64,000 nucleotides of DNA, taken from assembly GCA_963776275.1 (NCBI GenBank), contig CAVZMI010000020.1:255820-319819 (forward strand), written 5' to 3'. Positions 11,996 to 22,860 of the stretch are shown here, piece after piece; positions within the stretch are counted from its first letter, which is position 1, and every line of letters begins with the position of its first letter. The notes beneath the pieces are model-generated. The model had not been told where the DNA came from and did no database searches. It saw only the letters and a program-made list of their open reading frames with translations. Made by a program: the position numbers and the translations under genes. The stretch comes from Ignavibacteriota bacterium (lineage in GTDB: Bacteria > Bacteroidota > Ignavibacteria > UBA10030 > CAVZMI01).

Positions 11996-13441
11996 TCTGA
12001 CACCTTCGATTGCACTGAATAGATCACTATCGCGGCCCGCTTTCCTTTAAACCGGACAGTTCCTTCATTCTTGAGCGAGAATGATCCATCGAGTCCACGC
12101 ATAATCGTTTCGGAGACCAGGATTTGATTCGGCTCGGCAAGATCGCATAATCGCGAGGCGATGTTGACGGCATCGCCAATGGCTGTAAAGTCCATTCGCG
12201 ATCGGGAGCCGATATTTCCCATAACAGTCGGAACCGGCATCAACTCCGATTCCGACTTCCATGGTGACTTCTTTATTCAACCGCCGCTGATGATTCATTT
12301 CTCGCAAACATTCCTGGATTGCTATCGCGCTCCTGACGGCATCTGTCATCATCGAAGGTCCTGTAAAGATTGCCATAACACCATCTCCCATAAACTTATC
12401 GACCGAGCCGTTCCATGCGGTAATGACGTTCATTTGCGCGTCAAGATAGGTGTTGATCAGCGAGACAACTTCTTCGGGAGACATGGTGTCAGCCAGACGG
12501 GTAAAATTACGGATGTCGGTAAAAACGATCGCAATGGTCTTTCGTTCTCCACCCAACGTCACAATTTGGTGTTGTTGAATCATCGTCATGGCATGTTTCG
12601 ATACGAATTTCTGGAGCATCGCTCGCTCTCTCAGCTGTTCGACCATCTTGTTAAATTCCCGTGTAAGGGCTCCAAGTTCGTCCTTGATCCTTGTAAAAAT
12701 TCGTACATGGTAGTCACCTTCACCCACACGTCTGGCTCCCTCGGATAATTCGAGGATAATCTGGAGAATCATTCCGGACAGGAAGAATACGATTGTAATT
12801 GCTACTGCACACACGCCGAAAGCAGCCAGAATAATTGTCTGTTCGATGACACCGAGCGGACGATACAGAACCTCCTTTGAGAAGCTCACTACAGCCGTTC
12901 CAACACGAATGGTCCGTGTTCCTTCTTTCGTCACATGGTGGACGTAGATCGGACGAATGTATTCAAGCTCATCTGGTGTTTCGCGAGAGGTCAATTCCGT
13001 TACTGTTTCAATCCGGGTAAATTCTTCATTGGAAAGTCGTTTTGCTGCAAGAGCCAGATTCGAATGCGCCACAATGACGCCGTTCCGATCGACGATCATG
13101 ATGTTTCCAACTCCCTCGACGTTCATCCTATGTACCCCGTTGACGGTTTCCTGAATCGATACTTCGGCATGAAGAAGAAGATAATCGCGTGATGCATTTG
13201 CTAAATGTTCCGTCGTCAAACGGGCGAGTGACTCGACATTTGCCCGGATTTCTTTCCTTTGCTGGGAAATAATAATCGTACTGAGAACCGCCGCAACAAG
13301 GATCACCGTGATTGCTATGATGAGGCTTAACTTGATACGGATCCGCATTCGCAGAACATACTCAACGAGAATCCTCCAGAACGAGAGAAGGATGATGTAT
13401 GCTCGCTTCATCAACCCGGTAAAAAATGAATATTGTGTCAT
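11992..13441 (-). CDS. Membrane class III adenylate cyclase (TM-periplasmic sensor-TM-HAMP-cyclase); apparent frameshift at ~12232
   Basis: DELGALTREFNKM HAMP; FTDIRNFT, DKFMGDGVMA, MGNIGS..FTAIGDAVNIASRL catalytic motifs (K/T suggest ATP specificity). Confidence 0.9.
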
Positions 13442-13538
13442 ACAATAAAAATATCAGTGAGTTGTAAAATCTACGAAGTTGTACTGAGAAATACAACAAC
13501 AGTGAGAGAAGTAAAAAAGATGTTTTCCTGCGTGATTG

Positions 13539-14432
13539 TTATCGCGGATCGGGGTCGAGTTGATCCTGTAACGTTGTAAGCATTTCATTTCGCGGGAGTG
13601 TCGATACGGCAGAGCAGAGAATCCCCCGCTCTTCCCATACGACTGTACAGCAATGATGGGGAGGCGACGTGATTGAATCCATAAAAATATCCTTTTTCGC
13701 CAACGCATTCCGAATTTCACGACGCGCACAGAGTCCGGAACTACTCCCTACATCTTTTATCCAGGCCTGATACACATAAATAATTCGATCACCGCTTTTA
13801 TACATAACGTGAGCGAGTTTTGCACCCTTATATTCTGAATAGACGGCACCGATAAGTTCCGCATTTCTCAATTTGTGAACATCGACATCGAAATTCACTT
13901 TATCCCGGAAGAATGCTTTTACAGCCGTTGGTTCACTCGATACCAATTGAACAGCCATCTTTCCATTCTGTATATCATGGAAATTATCGAGTGCCTGATG
14001 AAGAACTTCGCTATCCTCATCCGCGATACCCTCAAGTGTTGATTGACTATTCCTCGACCCGAATGGATGGAAAATAAGTGCCGCACCCACGATGATCATG
14101 ATAATCATCGCCATTCCGGCTGCTGGCATTAGATGGCGGTTGGAAAAAAGAGAAAAGAACGATTGAATAGCCTGTCCCAGCCACTGGACGCGGGGAACCG
14201 ATGACCGGGATTCTGCCTTTATTTTTTCAAGAATTGCAGCGCGAACTGTTGGGGGCGTTTCAACAAACTGCAGCCGTGTTTGCGTAATCTGCTTTGTAGC
14301 ACGTTCTAGGTCATATTCACTGGCACAGCGAACACAATGGCGAATATGCTGAATAAATTCTGATTGTACAGCACGATCAAGGCTTTGATCAACCGCCGCC
14401 GTAATATATTCCTGCATTTCTTTGCAGTCCAC
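13539..14432 (-). CDS. Zinc-binding (ZAS/zf-HC2) transmembrane anti-sigma factor
   Basis: MDC...HIRHCVRC (HxxxCxxC), one TM helix, extracytoplasmic domain; directly downstream of ECF sigma. Confidence 0.85.
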   Translation of the reverse strand: MDCKEMQEYITAAVDQSLDRAVQSEFIQHIRHCVRCASEYDLERATKQITQTRLQFVETPPTVRAAILEKIKAESRSSVPRVQWLGQAIQSFFSLFSNRHLMPAAGMAMIIMIIVGAALIFHPFGSRNSQSTLEGIADEDSEVLHQALDNFHDIQNGKMAVQLVSSEPTAVKAFFRDKVNFDVDVHKLRNAELIGAVYSEYKGAKLAHVMYKSGDRIIYVYQAWIKDVGSSSGLCARREIRNALAKKDIFMDSITSPPHHCCTVVWEERGILCSAVSTLPRNEMLTTLQDQLDPDPR

Positions 14433-14463
14433 GGTATCCTCTCAAATTAAAATTGTTTTTTCT

Positions 14464-15048
14464 TCAATCTGGATGGATATAACCTTTTTCCCGTGCATAC
14501 TCGTATAATTTATCCCGCATTAATCGCCGTCCCCGATGGATTCGTGAGCGGACTGTACCAACGGGACACTCAACAAACTCTGCAATCTCCTCATAAGTAA
14601 ATCCCTCGATGTCGCAAAGGATGATCACTGTTCGGAAATCATCTGGAAGAGACTCCAGAGCTCGAGCAACATCATCCTCGAGCAGGTTACCGAATAACTT
14701 CTCCTGTAAATCATTCGGATCAGTGGATCGATCTCGAATTGTCTGATAAAAATTCTGAACGTCTTCATAATCAACCGTATCGGGCTCTTTGGTTGCTTTC
14801 CGATAGAGGTTGATATATGAATTCTTCATAATCCTGAACAGCCAGGCACGGATATTCGTTCCCTTTTCATACTTGTCCCAGAAGCGATATGCTTTGAGAT
14901 ATGTATCCTGCAGAAGATCGTCCGCATCGTTTGGATCTCCAGTCATACGGAGTGCATAATTATATAATGCATCCATATGAGGAACCGCCTCACTCTGGAA
15001 TTCTTCATCCCGCCCGGGAATTTTCTTTTTGGCTATTTCAGAGGACAT
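14464..15048 (-). CDS. ECF sigma factor, SigR/SigH-like
   Basis: DADDLLQDTYLKAY, GTNIRAWLFRIMKN, FTYEEIAEFVECPVGTVRSRIHRGR. Confidence 0.92.
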   Translation of the reverse strand: MSSEIAKKKIPGRDEEFQSEAVPHMDALYNYALRMTGDPNDADDLLQDTYLKAYRFWDKYEKGTNIRAWLFRIMKNSYINLYRKATKEPDTVDYEDVQNFYQTIRDRSTDPNDLQEKLFGNLLEDDVARALESLPDDFRTVIILCDIEGFTYEEIAEFVECPVGTVRSRIHRGRRLMRDKLYEYAREKGYIHPD

Positions 15049-15103
15049 GGACCGACTTGTTAATGCGTTTTATGTCACCAGGTATGTCGGTCGTTTTTAG
15101 TAT

Positions 15104-15129
15104 AACAAGCGCCATAGAGTTCTGGTTCC
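15104..15129 (-). promoter_or_regulatory. Putative autoregulatory ECF promoter GGAAC-N18-GTT
   Basis: Minus strand GGAAC cagaactctatggcgctt GTT matches the SigR/SigH consensus GGAAY-N18-GTT, ~56 nt upstream of the sigma start. Confidence 0.6.
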
Positions 15130-15283
15130 TTTTGATTATTGTCAAAAAGTATAAAAAATTCCGGCTTCATGTGCAAGTCTAATTAAAAAATGCTTATCTT
15201 AATTAAACCTTTGAGTCACCTTCAGATTCAAACATTCATAATAATAGTCCACTCTACCCGGTACCAGTAGAAAGAAAAAAACC

Positions 15284-15631
15284 ATGAAAACATTCATTAC
15301 AGCCCTGTTTTTGTCAGTGACAATTATCGCCTTTCAACAGCCGGTGTTGGCACAGGAAGGCAAAAAACTTGAAAAAAAGGGGGAACTCATCGAGCGCAAG
15401 AGTGAGATAAAAGAACGAAGGGGTGAACGGATGGAACGCCGTGGGGAACGTCTGGAGCGCAAAGGCGAGCGACTTGAACGTCATGGACATCCGGTGAAAG
15501 GAAAGGCGCTTGAAAAATCCGGTGAAAAAATCGAACGAAAAGGAGAAATTAAGGAACACCGAGGTGTAAGGATGGAACGACGCGGCGAGAGAATAGAAAA
15601 AACAGGAAAAAATATCGAGAAGCAAAAATAG
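15284..15631 (+). CDS. Small secreted, highly charged heptad-repeat protein
   Basis: Signal peptide (…VLA|Q) then ~11 repeats of E-[RK]-[RK]-G-E-[RK]-[ILM]. Confidence 0.75.
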   Translation: MKTFITALFLSVTIIAFQQPVLAQEGKKLEKKGELIERKSEIKERRGERMERRGERLERKGERLERHGHPVKGKALEKSGEKIERKGEIKEHRGVRMERRGERIEKTGKNIEKQK

Positions 15632-15655
15632 GACAGTCTGTTTATCAATCTTTCA

Positions 15656-15692
15656 AGAAAAACACAAAGTGAAAATTGCTTTGTGTTTTTCT
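15656..15692. terminator. Bidirectional intrinsic terminator
   Basis: AGAAAAACACAAAG / CTTTGTGTTTTTCT inverted repeat between convergent genes. Confidence 0.7.
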
Positions 15693-15693
15693 T

Positions 15694-18600
15694 TTATTGA
15701 ATTTTCTGTAATTCTTCAAAATATCTCTTGATCAACTCCTGATATTCCTTTGCATAACCCTGTTCAAGCGCCTTGCGTAAATCCTGCATCAACCTGGAGG
15801 TACCTGCGACGGTCGACTGGTCAAGCTCGGATGGTGAAATTTGTTGATATTCCTTTCCGGTTTCAGCACGTCTGCGTTTTTCATAATCGCGCTCTCGCAT
15901 TGATCGCTGTGCATCAAGAAGCCGGGATAAAATTTTCTCCTGACGCTGAAGCGTTGCCGGGTTGATATCATGCTGCTCAAGATCGCGGACGACCTCCTTC
16001 ATTTCTTCCGCAATTTTATCGAGATCCCCCAATAGTTTTTGCCGCTCCGATGATTGCTGAGCCTCGTTGCTTAATTGTTCAAGCGATTTCTGAATCGTGG
16101 CCTGCTCGGCCGCAAGACGTGCCACCTGGGCAGCCTGTTCCAATGTCATACCTTCCTGCGAACTCAAATCCTGAGTCTGTAAGTTGATTCCCTGTTGTTG
16201 CGCTGCCATTCGCCCGAGCTGCTGTAATAGCGAACTGAGTCCTCCCTCTCCTCCCTGCATTGCATTGTCCATTGCCTGTTGTATCTGCCGGGTCGCATCA
16301 TTGAGAGCTGTCATCGCATCGTGCTGACGATCGGCAGCTTCCTGACCGTTACGTTCTTCAAGTGATTGTATTGCACCTGTCATTTTTCCGAATGCCTGTC
16401 CGATTGCTTTTCCCATTTTTGGTGTTACGGCAAATGTCTTTTGCGACATTTTCCCGAGAGTATTTGCAAGTTTGCCGAGATCTTCAACAATCTGTTCTTG
16501 CGACTGTGCATTCTCGCGGAATCGTTGTGATGATGGATCGAGTGCACGCGATTCATTCTTCAGATCTTCTTCCTTAGCCGACATCTCAAGCAGTTCCTGC
16601 ATCATTTTCTGGAATTCGGCCAGCAGCTGCTGCTGCCTCCTCTGCTGCATTATGTCTTTTGTATGCTGCATCTGTTTCCCGAACTGGTTCAAGGCACTCT
16701 GCACGCGCTGTTGCTGCTCTCGAGCCTGCCGGGGTTCACCCTGCTGTAACTGCTGACAGGCGGCCTCCATTGCTTCGTCGACTTTTTGTTGTTCGATGAA
16801 TTCGGTAGCCTGGGCATATTCACGGAGAGGCATTTCGTCGGGAAATTCTTCCATACGTTTTTGCAGATCGGACAACTGCTGCTGAAGTTTTTTGTAATCT
16901 TCCTCGGCTCCCTTTTGCTTTTCCGCAAGCTGCTGAAGTGCTTCGGTATCCCGCGGAGGCGTTTTTGCAGATTGATTTTTCATCTCGGCTTGTCGTTGTT
17001 CCAGTTCCGCCGTTCGTCGAATTACTTCATCGAACTTTTGTTCTATCTGGATACGCTTCAATAAACTCATCGTCCGTTCAATACTCTGTCTGAAATTTTC
17101 CTCACTGAACGTAAGCTGTTCCATAGCCCGTCTGATTTGATCGGGCGAGAGCTGTTTCATTGCTTCCTGCATTCTTCGCAGTGCGGCATTCAACTCGGGG
17201 GAATCGATCTGCTGGAGTAGTTGTTGAAGCTCGAGATATTTTTCAAGTGTTTCCTGCGAGAGAATATTTTTATTCTGCATCCCCTGAAATAGTGTGTCCA
17301 GACGTTGCGACGTATTCTGGATGTTTTTCCGAAGTTCCTCATACCGCTTCAGTGTTTCCTCGATCTTCTTCTGCTGTTGCCAGTCAAGCTGCTGATTTTT
17401 TCTCATCTGCTGGGTAATATCATTCAGATTCTTTCGCAGCTCATCGGCCTGTTTGAGGTTTTCCTGCAGGCTCCTCGAGTGACTCTGAATGCTGTTTATC
17501 GGCATCAGAAAAAATCTCGTCAAGCGATGGATATCGGAGAGTATATTCTCTGGTGCGCGCTATTTTCGGACCGCTGACCGCATCATTGTCGTATACCTCG
17601 GCATAATACGTTATGACATCTTCCGACGCAAGACGAAGGGACGAGAGATCCCAGAGAAACGGCACTGCAAGATCGATTCCTTTTTCATTACCCTGTTTGG
17701 CTGGAAGTGGAATATCGATTGCTGAAAATGTCTCCTCAGGTTTTTCATATTTTGATTGCGACAGGCGATATCGCACTTGAAGTTTTGAAAAGCCGTAATC
17801 ATCATGAAGATTCATCAACAACGCAACCTGCATATTATCACTCAGGTCGATATTCCGGCCGGGAATCGTGATGGCCACCGTCGGCGGCTCATCCGGCATC
17901 GAGCGAATCATATAGGAAATCGGATCGACGTTAACTATTCCTTTTTCATCTTCCAATTCACAATGATATCGTAAATCCTTTTTTACGGTGAACGATCCTG
18001 TAACGGCCGTTCCCCGGGGAAAAAGTTCATGCCGGGAATTATCGGAAAATCCAATGAATGCCCGGACAATTTCTTTATTCGCCGATAGATTCAGTGTCGC
18101 CCGCGTTCCACGCAGTGCCGATATGTCTCCTATATTGTCATCCAGAATTTGATCCGGAATTCCGGTATATGCCGGTGGATGAAGCCGGACCTTGAGGGCT
18201 TTTATTACCGGTCGATCGACAACGGTAATTGTGTATATTTCACTTTTTATTTCATCTTTCTGTGCATAATATTCAAAACTGTTTTTCAGAATCGGACTAT
18301 GCCAGAGAAATTTCCCGCTTGAATCATGATGGAGTGCAATTCGTTCCACCAGAGTTTGCCCTTCGGTCCGCGTATACAGTTCAAGGTTCTTCTGCTGCTC
18401 ACCCCGGAGTCGCACGACAATATTCACCGATTCCCCCTTTACAATTTCTTTATTCCCCGGTAATATCTCGAATGCAAACGGGAGGGGCGCGGCAAACGAC
18501 TCCGAAAAGTGCAGTAATCGATAGGATGTATCCCGAAGTGTCACTGGAAGAATGAGACAGAAGAGAACGAAAACGACAACAACACCGGTCGCATATTTCG

Positions 18601-19096
18601 TCAAACGAAACGGGATTGAATAGTCCATGACACGAGAGATATCAACCGATTGTAATTCTTTCTCCAGGTCATTGAGAACCGCATCGATCAGCAGCGAAGA
18701 ATACCGTGCAGGGTGCTGCCGCTGTTCTTCCAGAATTTCAAGTGCATTCCGGAAATGATCCTTGATCAGTGGATATTTCTTCCCGACTTTTTCAGCGAGG
18801 GTGAGATCGTCGCTACTTTTCATGATCCCGATCCGTCGAAGAAGAGGATCGATGAAATATCGTCCGAATGCACCCAGCATTCCTCCTGTGAAGAGCAGCA
18901 TTATCACCGTCCGAACGATTGGCGGTGTATGAACAAACGATTCGATGAGAACGAGGAGTAGCCAGGCGCCAACAATGATCAGCACAAAACGGAGTATTCC
19001 CTCAGCCTGACGAATTACGTTTTCTTTCCGGCGGAGCTCATTGAGTTTAGACCGGAGCTTTTGCTCCACAGGTTTTTGACCGAAGGCATCGTACAT
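15694..19096 (-). CDS. DUF4175-family membrane-anchored coiled-coil protein (apparent frameshift at 17471)
   Basis: TM helices, PPAYTG, DDYGFS, YDNDAVSGPK motifs, then a long Q/E-rich coiled coil; removing one G (GAGGACCTG) joins the ORFs. Confidence 0.8.
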
Positions 19097-19788
19097 TATT
19101 TCGTTAACGCCCATACGACGATATTTGTTCCGAATTGAAGCGCTTCGAGCCGTTTCTCCGGAGGATCTTTGTGAACCTCAGGATCGGCCCATCCATCACT
19201 TGGATTTGATTCATAAGTATAGAGAACGACAAGCCGTCCATTGAGAAATATTCCAAATGCCTGAGGTGGTTTTCCGTCATGCTCATGAGTCTTCGGAACA
19301 CCTCTTGGAAATTCGTAATGGACATGAAACAAACCATACGAAAAGGGCAACTCGACAAGTGGAAGATCGGAAAAAACCTTTTTTATTTCCCTTCTAAATG
19401 CTTTATCAAGACCATAATCGTCATCGGCATAAAGGAACCCGCCGGCCTCGAGATATTCCCGCAAACGTTTGACTTCATATTCACTGAATACTGCGTTCCC
19501 ATGTCCTGTCATGAACAGAATAGGAAAAGAAAACAGCTTTTCATCCGATAGCTCGACAAAGGTGTACTCGGGATCAACGTCGATTCCTGTGTTCTGGTGG
19601 ACAAAATTCAAGAGGTTTACTTCCTCCGAGGGATCATTGTACCAGTCCCCGCCACCACTGTATTTCAGACGTGCAATACGGACCTGGCTTGGAAACTTAT
19701 CTGATTTCATCGGAAGGGGTTTCTCCTGTGCCAGGGATGCACTTATCCCATAGAAAAATACGAAACCTATGATAATAAGGCGTTTCAT
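19096..19788 (-). CDS. DUF4159 domain protein
   Basis: IARLKYSGGGDWY, FMTGHG, GGFLYADDDYG, PKTHEHDGKPP motifs. Confidence 0.85.
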   Translation of the reverse strand: MKRLIIIGFVFFYGISASLAQEKPLPMKSDKFPSQVRIARLKYSGGGDWYNDPSEEVNLLNFVHQNTGIDVDPEYTFVELSDEKLFSFPILFMTGHGNAVFSEYEVKRLREYLEAGGFLYADDDYGLDKAFRREIKKVFSDLPLVELPFSYGLFHVHYEFPRGVPKTHEHDGKPPQAFGIFLNGRLVVLYTYESNPSDGWADPEVHKDPPEKRLEALQFGTNIVVWALTK

Positions 19789-19920
19789 CCAGAGTAATGT
19801 AGAAAGACCATATCAAAAATCCAAATGTTTCCCGTTTGCACAGTGTAATTATTTCAGGTATATTGTCGTCCAATATGGAAGATGAAATATCTTCTTCTTA
19901 CGTCCTCAAGGACATACAAA

Positions 19921-20502
19921 ATGGAAATGCAGCTTCATCCTCTAGTTTCTCGCTTGGGCCGATGGCTTGAACAAAGATCAAAACCGACTTTAACTCTCCT
20001 TACCATCCTGATTCTTGTATTGATAGGAACCGGAGATTATTACACCGGTGTTGAATATACCTTCTTGCTTTTTTATTTCATTCCTGTCGCATTGGGAAGC
20101 TGGTTTGTCAGCCGTAGAACCGGATATTTTGCCGCACTGTCAGCGGCAATTGTTTGGACCATTGTCGATTATTTCGGCCGGGTTTCTCTTACATTCTGGC
20201 TGGCTACGTGGAATATCATCATTCAGTTCATTCTTTTTATTGTATTTGCATATGTTATCTCCAAGATTAAGGAGATGATAAGTGAATACCGGCGAGTCAA
20301 TATCGAACTCCAGCAAGCACTTGCCGAAGTTAAACGATTAAGCGGATTTCTCCCGGTCTGTTCCTGGTGCAAGCGTATTCGTGATGAGCATGGACAATGG
20401 CATCAAATGGAGGTATATATTTCCCAACATTCCGAGGCCGATTTCAGCCACGGCATTTGCCCTGACTGTGCTAAGAAGAAATTCGATAAAAATATTTTGT
20501 AA
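19921..20502 (+). CDS. Four-TM sensor-like protein with C-terminal CxxC...CxxC domain (start may be 19882)
   Basis: DUF4118-like TM bundle, coiled coil, LSGFLPVCSWCKRIRD...FSHGICPDC. Confidence 0.75.
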   Translation: MEMQLHPLVSRLGRWLEQRSKPTLTLLTILILVLIGTGDYYTGVEYTFLLFYFIPVALGSWFVSRRTGYFAALSAAIVWTIVDYFGRVSLTFWLATWNIIIQFILFIVFAYVISKIKEMISEYRRVNIELQQALAEVKRLSGFLPVCSWCKRIRDEHGQWHQMEVYISQHSEADFSHGICPDCAKKKFDKNIL

Positions 20503-20641
20503 CGATTTTTTACTTCTCCCACTGTTTCATTTTCAGATTACCATATCCATTTTTACCGAAAATTTTTTATACTAACCCTACCACAGGTAGTAGGTTTCTT
20601 TTTTATTTTTAAAAAAGATACTTTTTTTAGGTTTTCACTAC

Positions 20642-22093
20642 TTATACTACGGCCTTCTCAAAAACTCTCTGCCCAATTTCGCACTCTTTACACCTGTTTT
20701 CTGTGCAATAGAAATTATGAAGGTGAAGCATTCCCTGCTGAACGAGAGCGCCGTGGAGTAAATTCCCGATACCCGGCACAGCAGAACGAATTAATCGAGT
20801 AATTGTATTTTCACCGAGTGACGGGTATTCCATTACAAGATGTTGAATCGTTTCCCGAATATCAGGATCTTTAAATACTCGCGCATAGAGAAGTGTCAGC
20901 GGAAGAATTGTATTAATAATAATATCGTCAATGCGTAAGCGTCCAAGAAGAGCGCTCTGTTCATCACGGCCGACCGTCATTAACAATCGCAATTCGCAGA
21001 TACGCGTACGGTTTGTGCCATCCGATTTTATAATCCTGATCATTTTTTGTACTATATCTTCCTCAAGAAATCGTTGAACAAGAGCCGCTCCGGCCTTTAA
21101 CCTACGTGTAGGAAAATTATTAGGTCGAAGGCGAAAGAAAGTCCATTCGGCTCTTTGAAGCCGTTCTCTTTTATAGAAAGATGCATTCTCTCTCCAACTA
21201 TTTACAATCATTGCATCATCACTACCATTTCCTTTCCTCTCACACCGATCTGCAGACAGAAATCCTGCAACACCAAATAGAATCGCCCGGAGTACGGCAG
21301 CATGATTGGAGTTCGATATCGTAATCCGTTCGCGTAAAAAATCCAAACGCACATTTCGTGAGAGTTTAAGAAATGGCTCCCGATTCTTGGAATATCCGAG
21401 CGCCTCGAAGATCCCTTCGTACAAAACCTGCTCCCAAAGCCATCGCGGCGCAAAATCATGTTGTGTGTACTCATGATTCGGAACGGGAATTTCATCAATG
21501 TCTCCGTAATATCGTAATTTTGGTTCGCGCAATGCAAGCCTTTGTTCATCGATCAGCTCCTTCAGCCGTCCTTCAAACCTCCGGAGTTTTAGCTCCATTC
21601 GTTCATTGAATAAATGGGTAAGCCACCGTAAATGGCCATCCTGAGACGCGTCTATAGATAAGCCCGAACAGGGAAGTGTGCATGACCGCTCGGCACGATC
21701 GTCAGCAATCGAACGATCCCATACCGCCCGGAACGAATCATCAAGAAATCGCTGCAGGCTCAGTACGGGAATCGATCTCCCACTTGCCGTAACAGGATCC
21801 GGGGCATGATCATCGTAAAGCACAACATGAAGGACAACCCGATTGTACCTATTATCACGCGAATGAAAATGACGCGTCCAATCGCCGTTCCGCTTGTGCA
21901 GTTCAACATCACCGCATAAAATTCTTCCGTCAACACGAATCCGTGCATCTAGAAAATCGGGACCTGCATCGGCATTCGGGATACCCGGTGTAATGATTTC
22001 GAGTGTACGGCCGTCGCTTGTCATCAGCTCGAGAGTGCGTAAATACTGTTTCCTCCAGATATGGCGCAAAAAACGTTCGTGAATATGAATCAT
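20642..22093 (-). CDS. DUF2851 family protein
   Basis: PG-x-x-N-x-DAGPDF, GDVELH, VVLHVV, FRLRPNNFPTRR, C-terminal C..C..C.IG. Confidence 0.85.
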   Translation of the reverse strand: MIHIHERFLRHIWRKQYLRTLELMTSDGRTLEIITPGIPNADAGPDFLDARIRVDGRILCGDVELHKRNGDWTRHFHSRDNRYNRVVLHVVLYDDHAPDPVTASGRSIPVLSLQRFLDDSFRAVWDRSIADDRAERSCTLPCSGLSIDASQDGHLRWLTHLFNERMELKLRRFEGRLKELIDEQRLALREPKLRYYGDIDEIPVPNHEYTQHDFAPRWLWEQVLYEGIFEALGYSKNREPFLKLSRNVRLDFLRERITISNSNHAAVLRAILFGVAGFLSADRCERKGNGSDDAMIVNSWRENASFYKRERLQRAEWTFFRLRPNNFPTRRLKAGAALVQRFLEEDIVQKMIRIIKSDGTNRTRICELRLLMTVGRDEQSALLGRLRIDDIIINTILPLTLLYARVFKDPDIRETIQHLVMEYPSLGENTITRLIRSAVPGIGNLLHGALVQQGMLHLHNFYCTENRCKECEIGQRVFEKAVV

Positions 22094-22294
22094 TAGAAAA
22101 AAACTCCAAATGCCAAATTGTCCCCGGTGTAAGAGAATATGAAAATATTAAGATGAGTTTTGAGTATTCAAATGCTAAAATTTAATGAATGAACTATCAC
22201 TCTTACTTATATATATTAGAACGAAATGAGGTTACATAATTGAGAAAAAACGCGTAAATGGCTTTTTCTAAGGAAAAAGTAAAAATTAAAAGGT

Positions 22295-22736
22295 AAAAAG
22301 GGAGAGAAAATCATTTTCCTATGTATTTAGTATTTTCCTCCCTCGACAAGCCCTCGATCTGAGTGGCTCGACTCCCGCCAGAAGCGGGACCGAGGTCTCT
22401 GGCCGAAGGCTTCTGGGCTTCCGGCTCATTGTAACTTTATTGAAATAGTGAGATCAAGACGGTGGCCTCGACGTTCCGACCCGCTGAAAGCGGGGCGGAC
22501 GCTCGGCCACCTGGCTGTTGATGCCGAGATGAGAAATAAATAGCCAGGTTACCGAGTCTCGTGGTGAGCTTGTCGAACCATGATCAGCAATATCATTCGC
22601 CATATCGAGGTAACCACATAGAAATTGCAGTCGAGGGCAGTGGCCTCGATACTTACCCCGAGTCCCGACCCCGTCCCGGCTTTCAGTCGGGACAGGGGGA
22701 TCGAGGGGGAAAAAGGGAGAGAAAATCATTTTCCTA
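22295..22736. repeat. 27-bp direct repeats flanking a cluster of GC-rich REP-like palindromes
   Basis: AAAAAGGGAGAGAAAATCATTTTCCTA at 22295-22321 and 22710-22736; internal hairpins TCCCGC-CAGAA-GCGGGA, CCCGC-TGAAA-GCGGG, GTCCCG..CGGGAC; GTGGTGAGCTTGTCGAACCA. Confidence 0.8.
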
Positions 22737-22860
22737 GATATTTTGAATTCTCAATCAATTTTTAGAGAGTAGTAAGACAACATGAACCCACGGTGATTTG
22801 GAATTCTAATCCTAATTCACCATATTTATACATATCCCAAAAATAGTGGAGAAAAATCAT

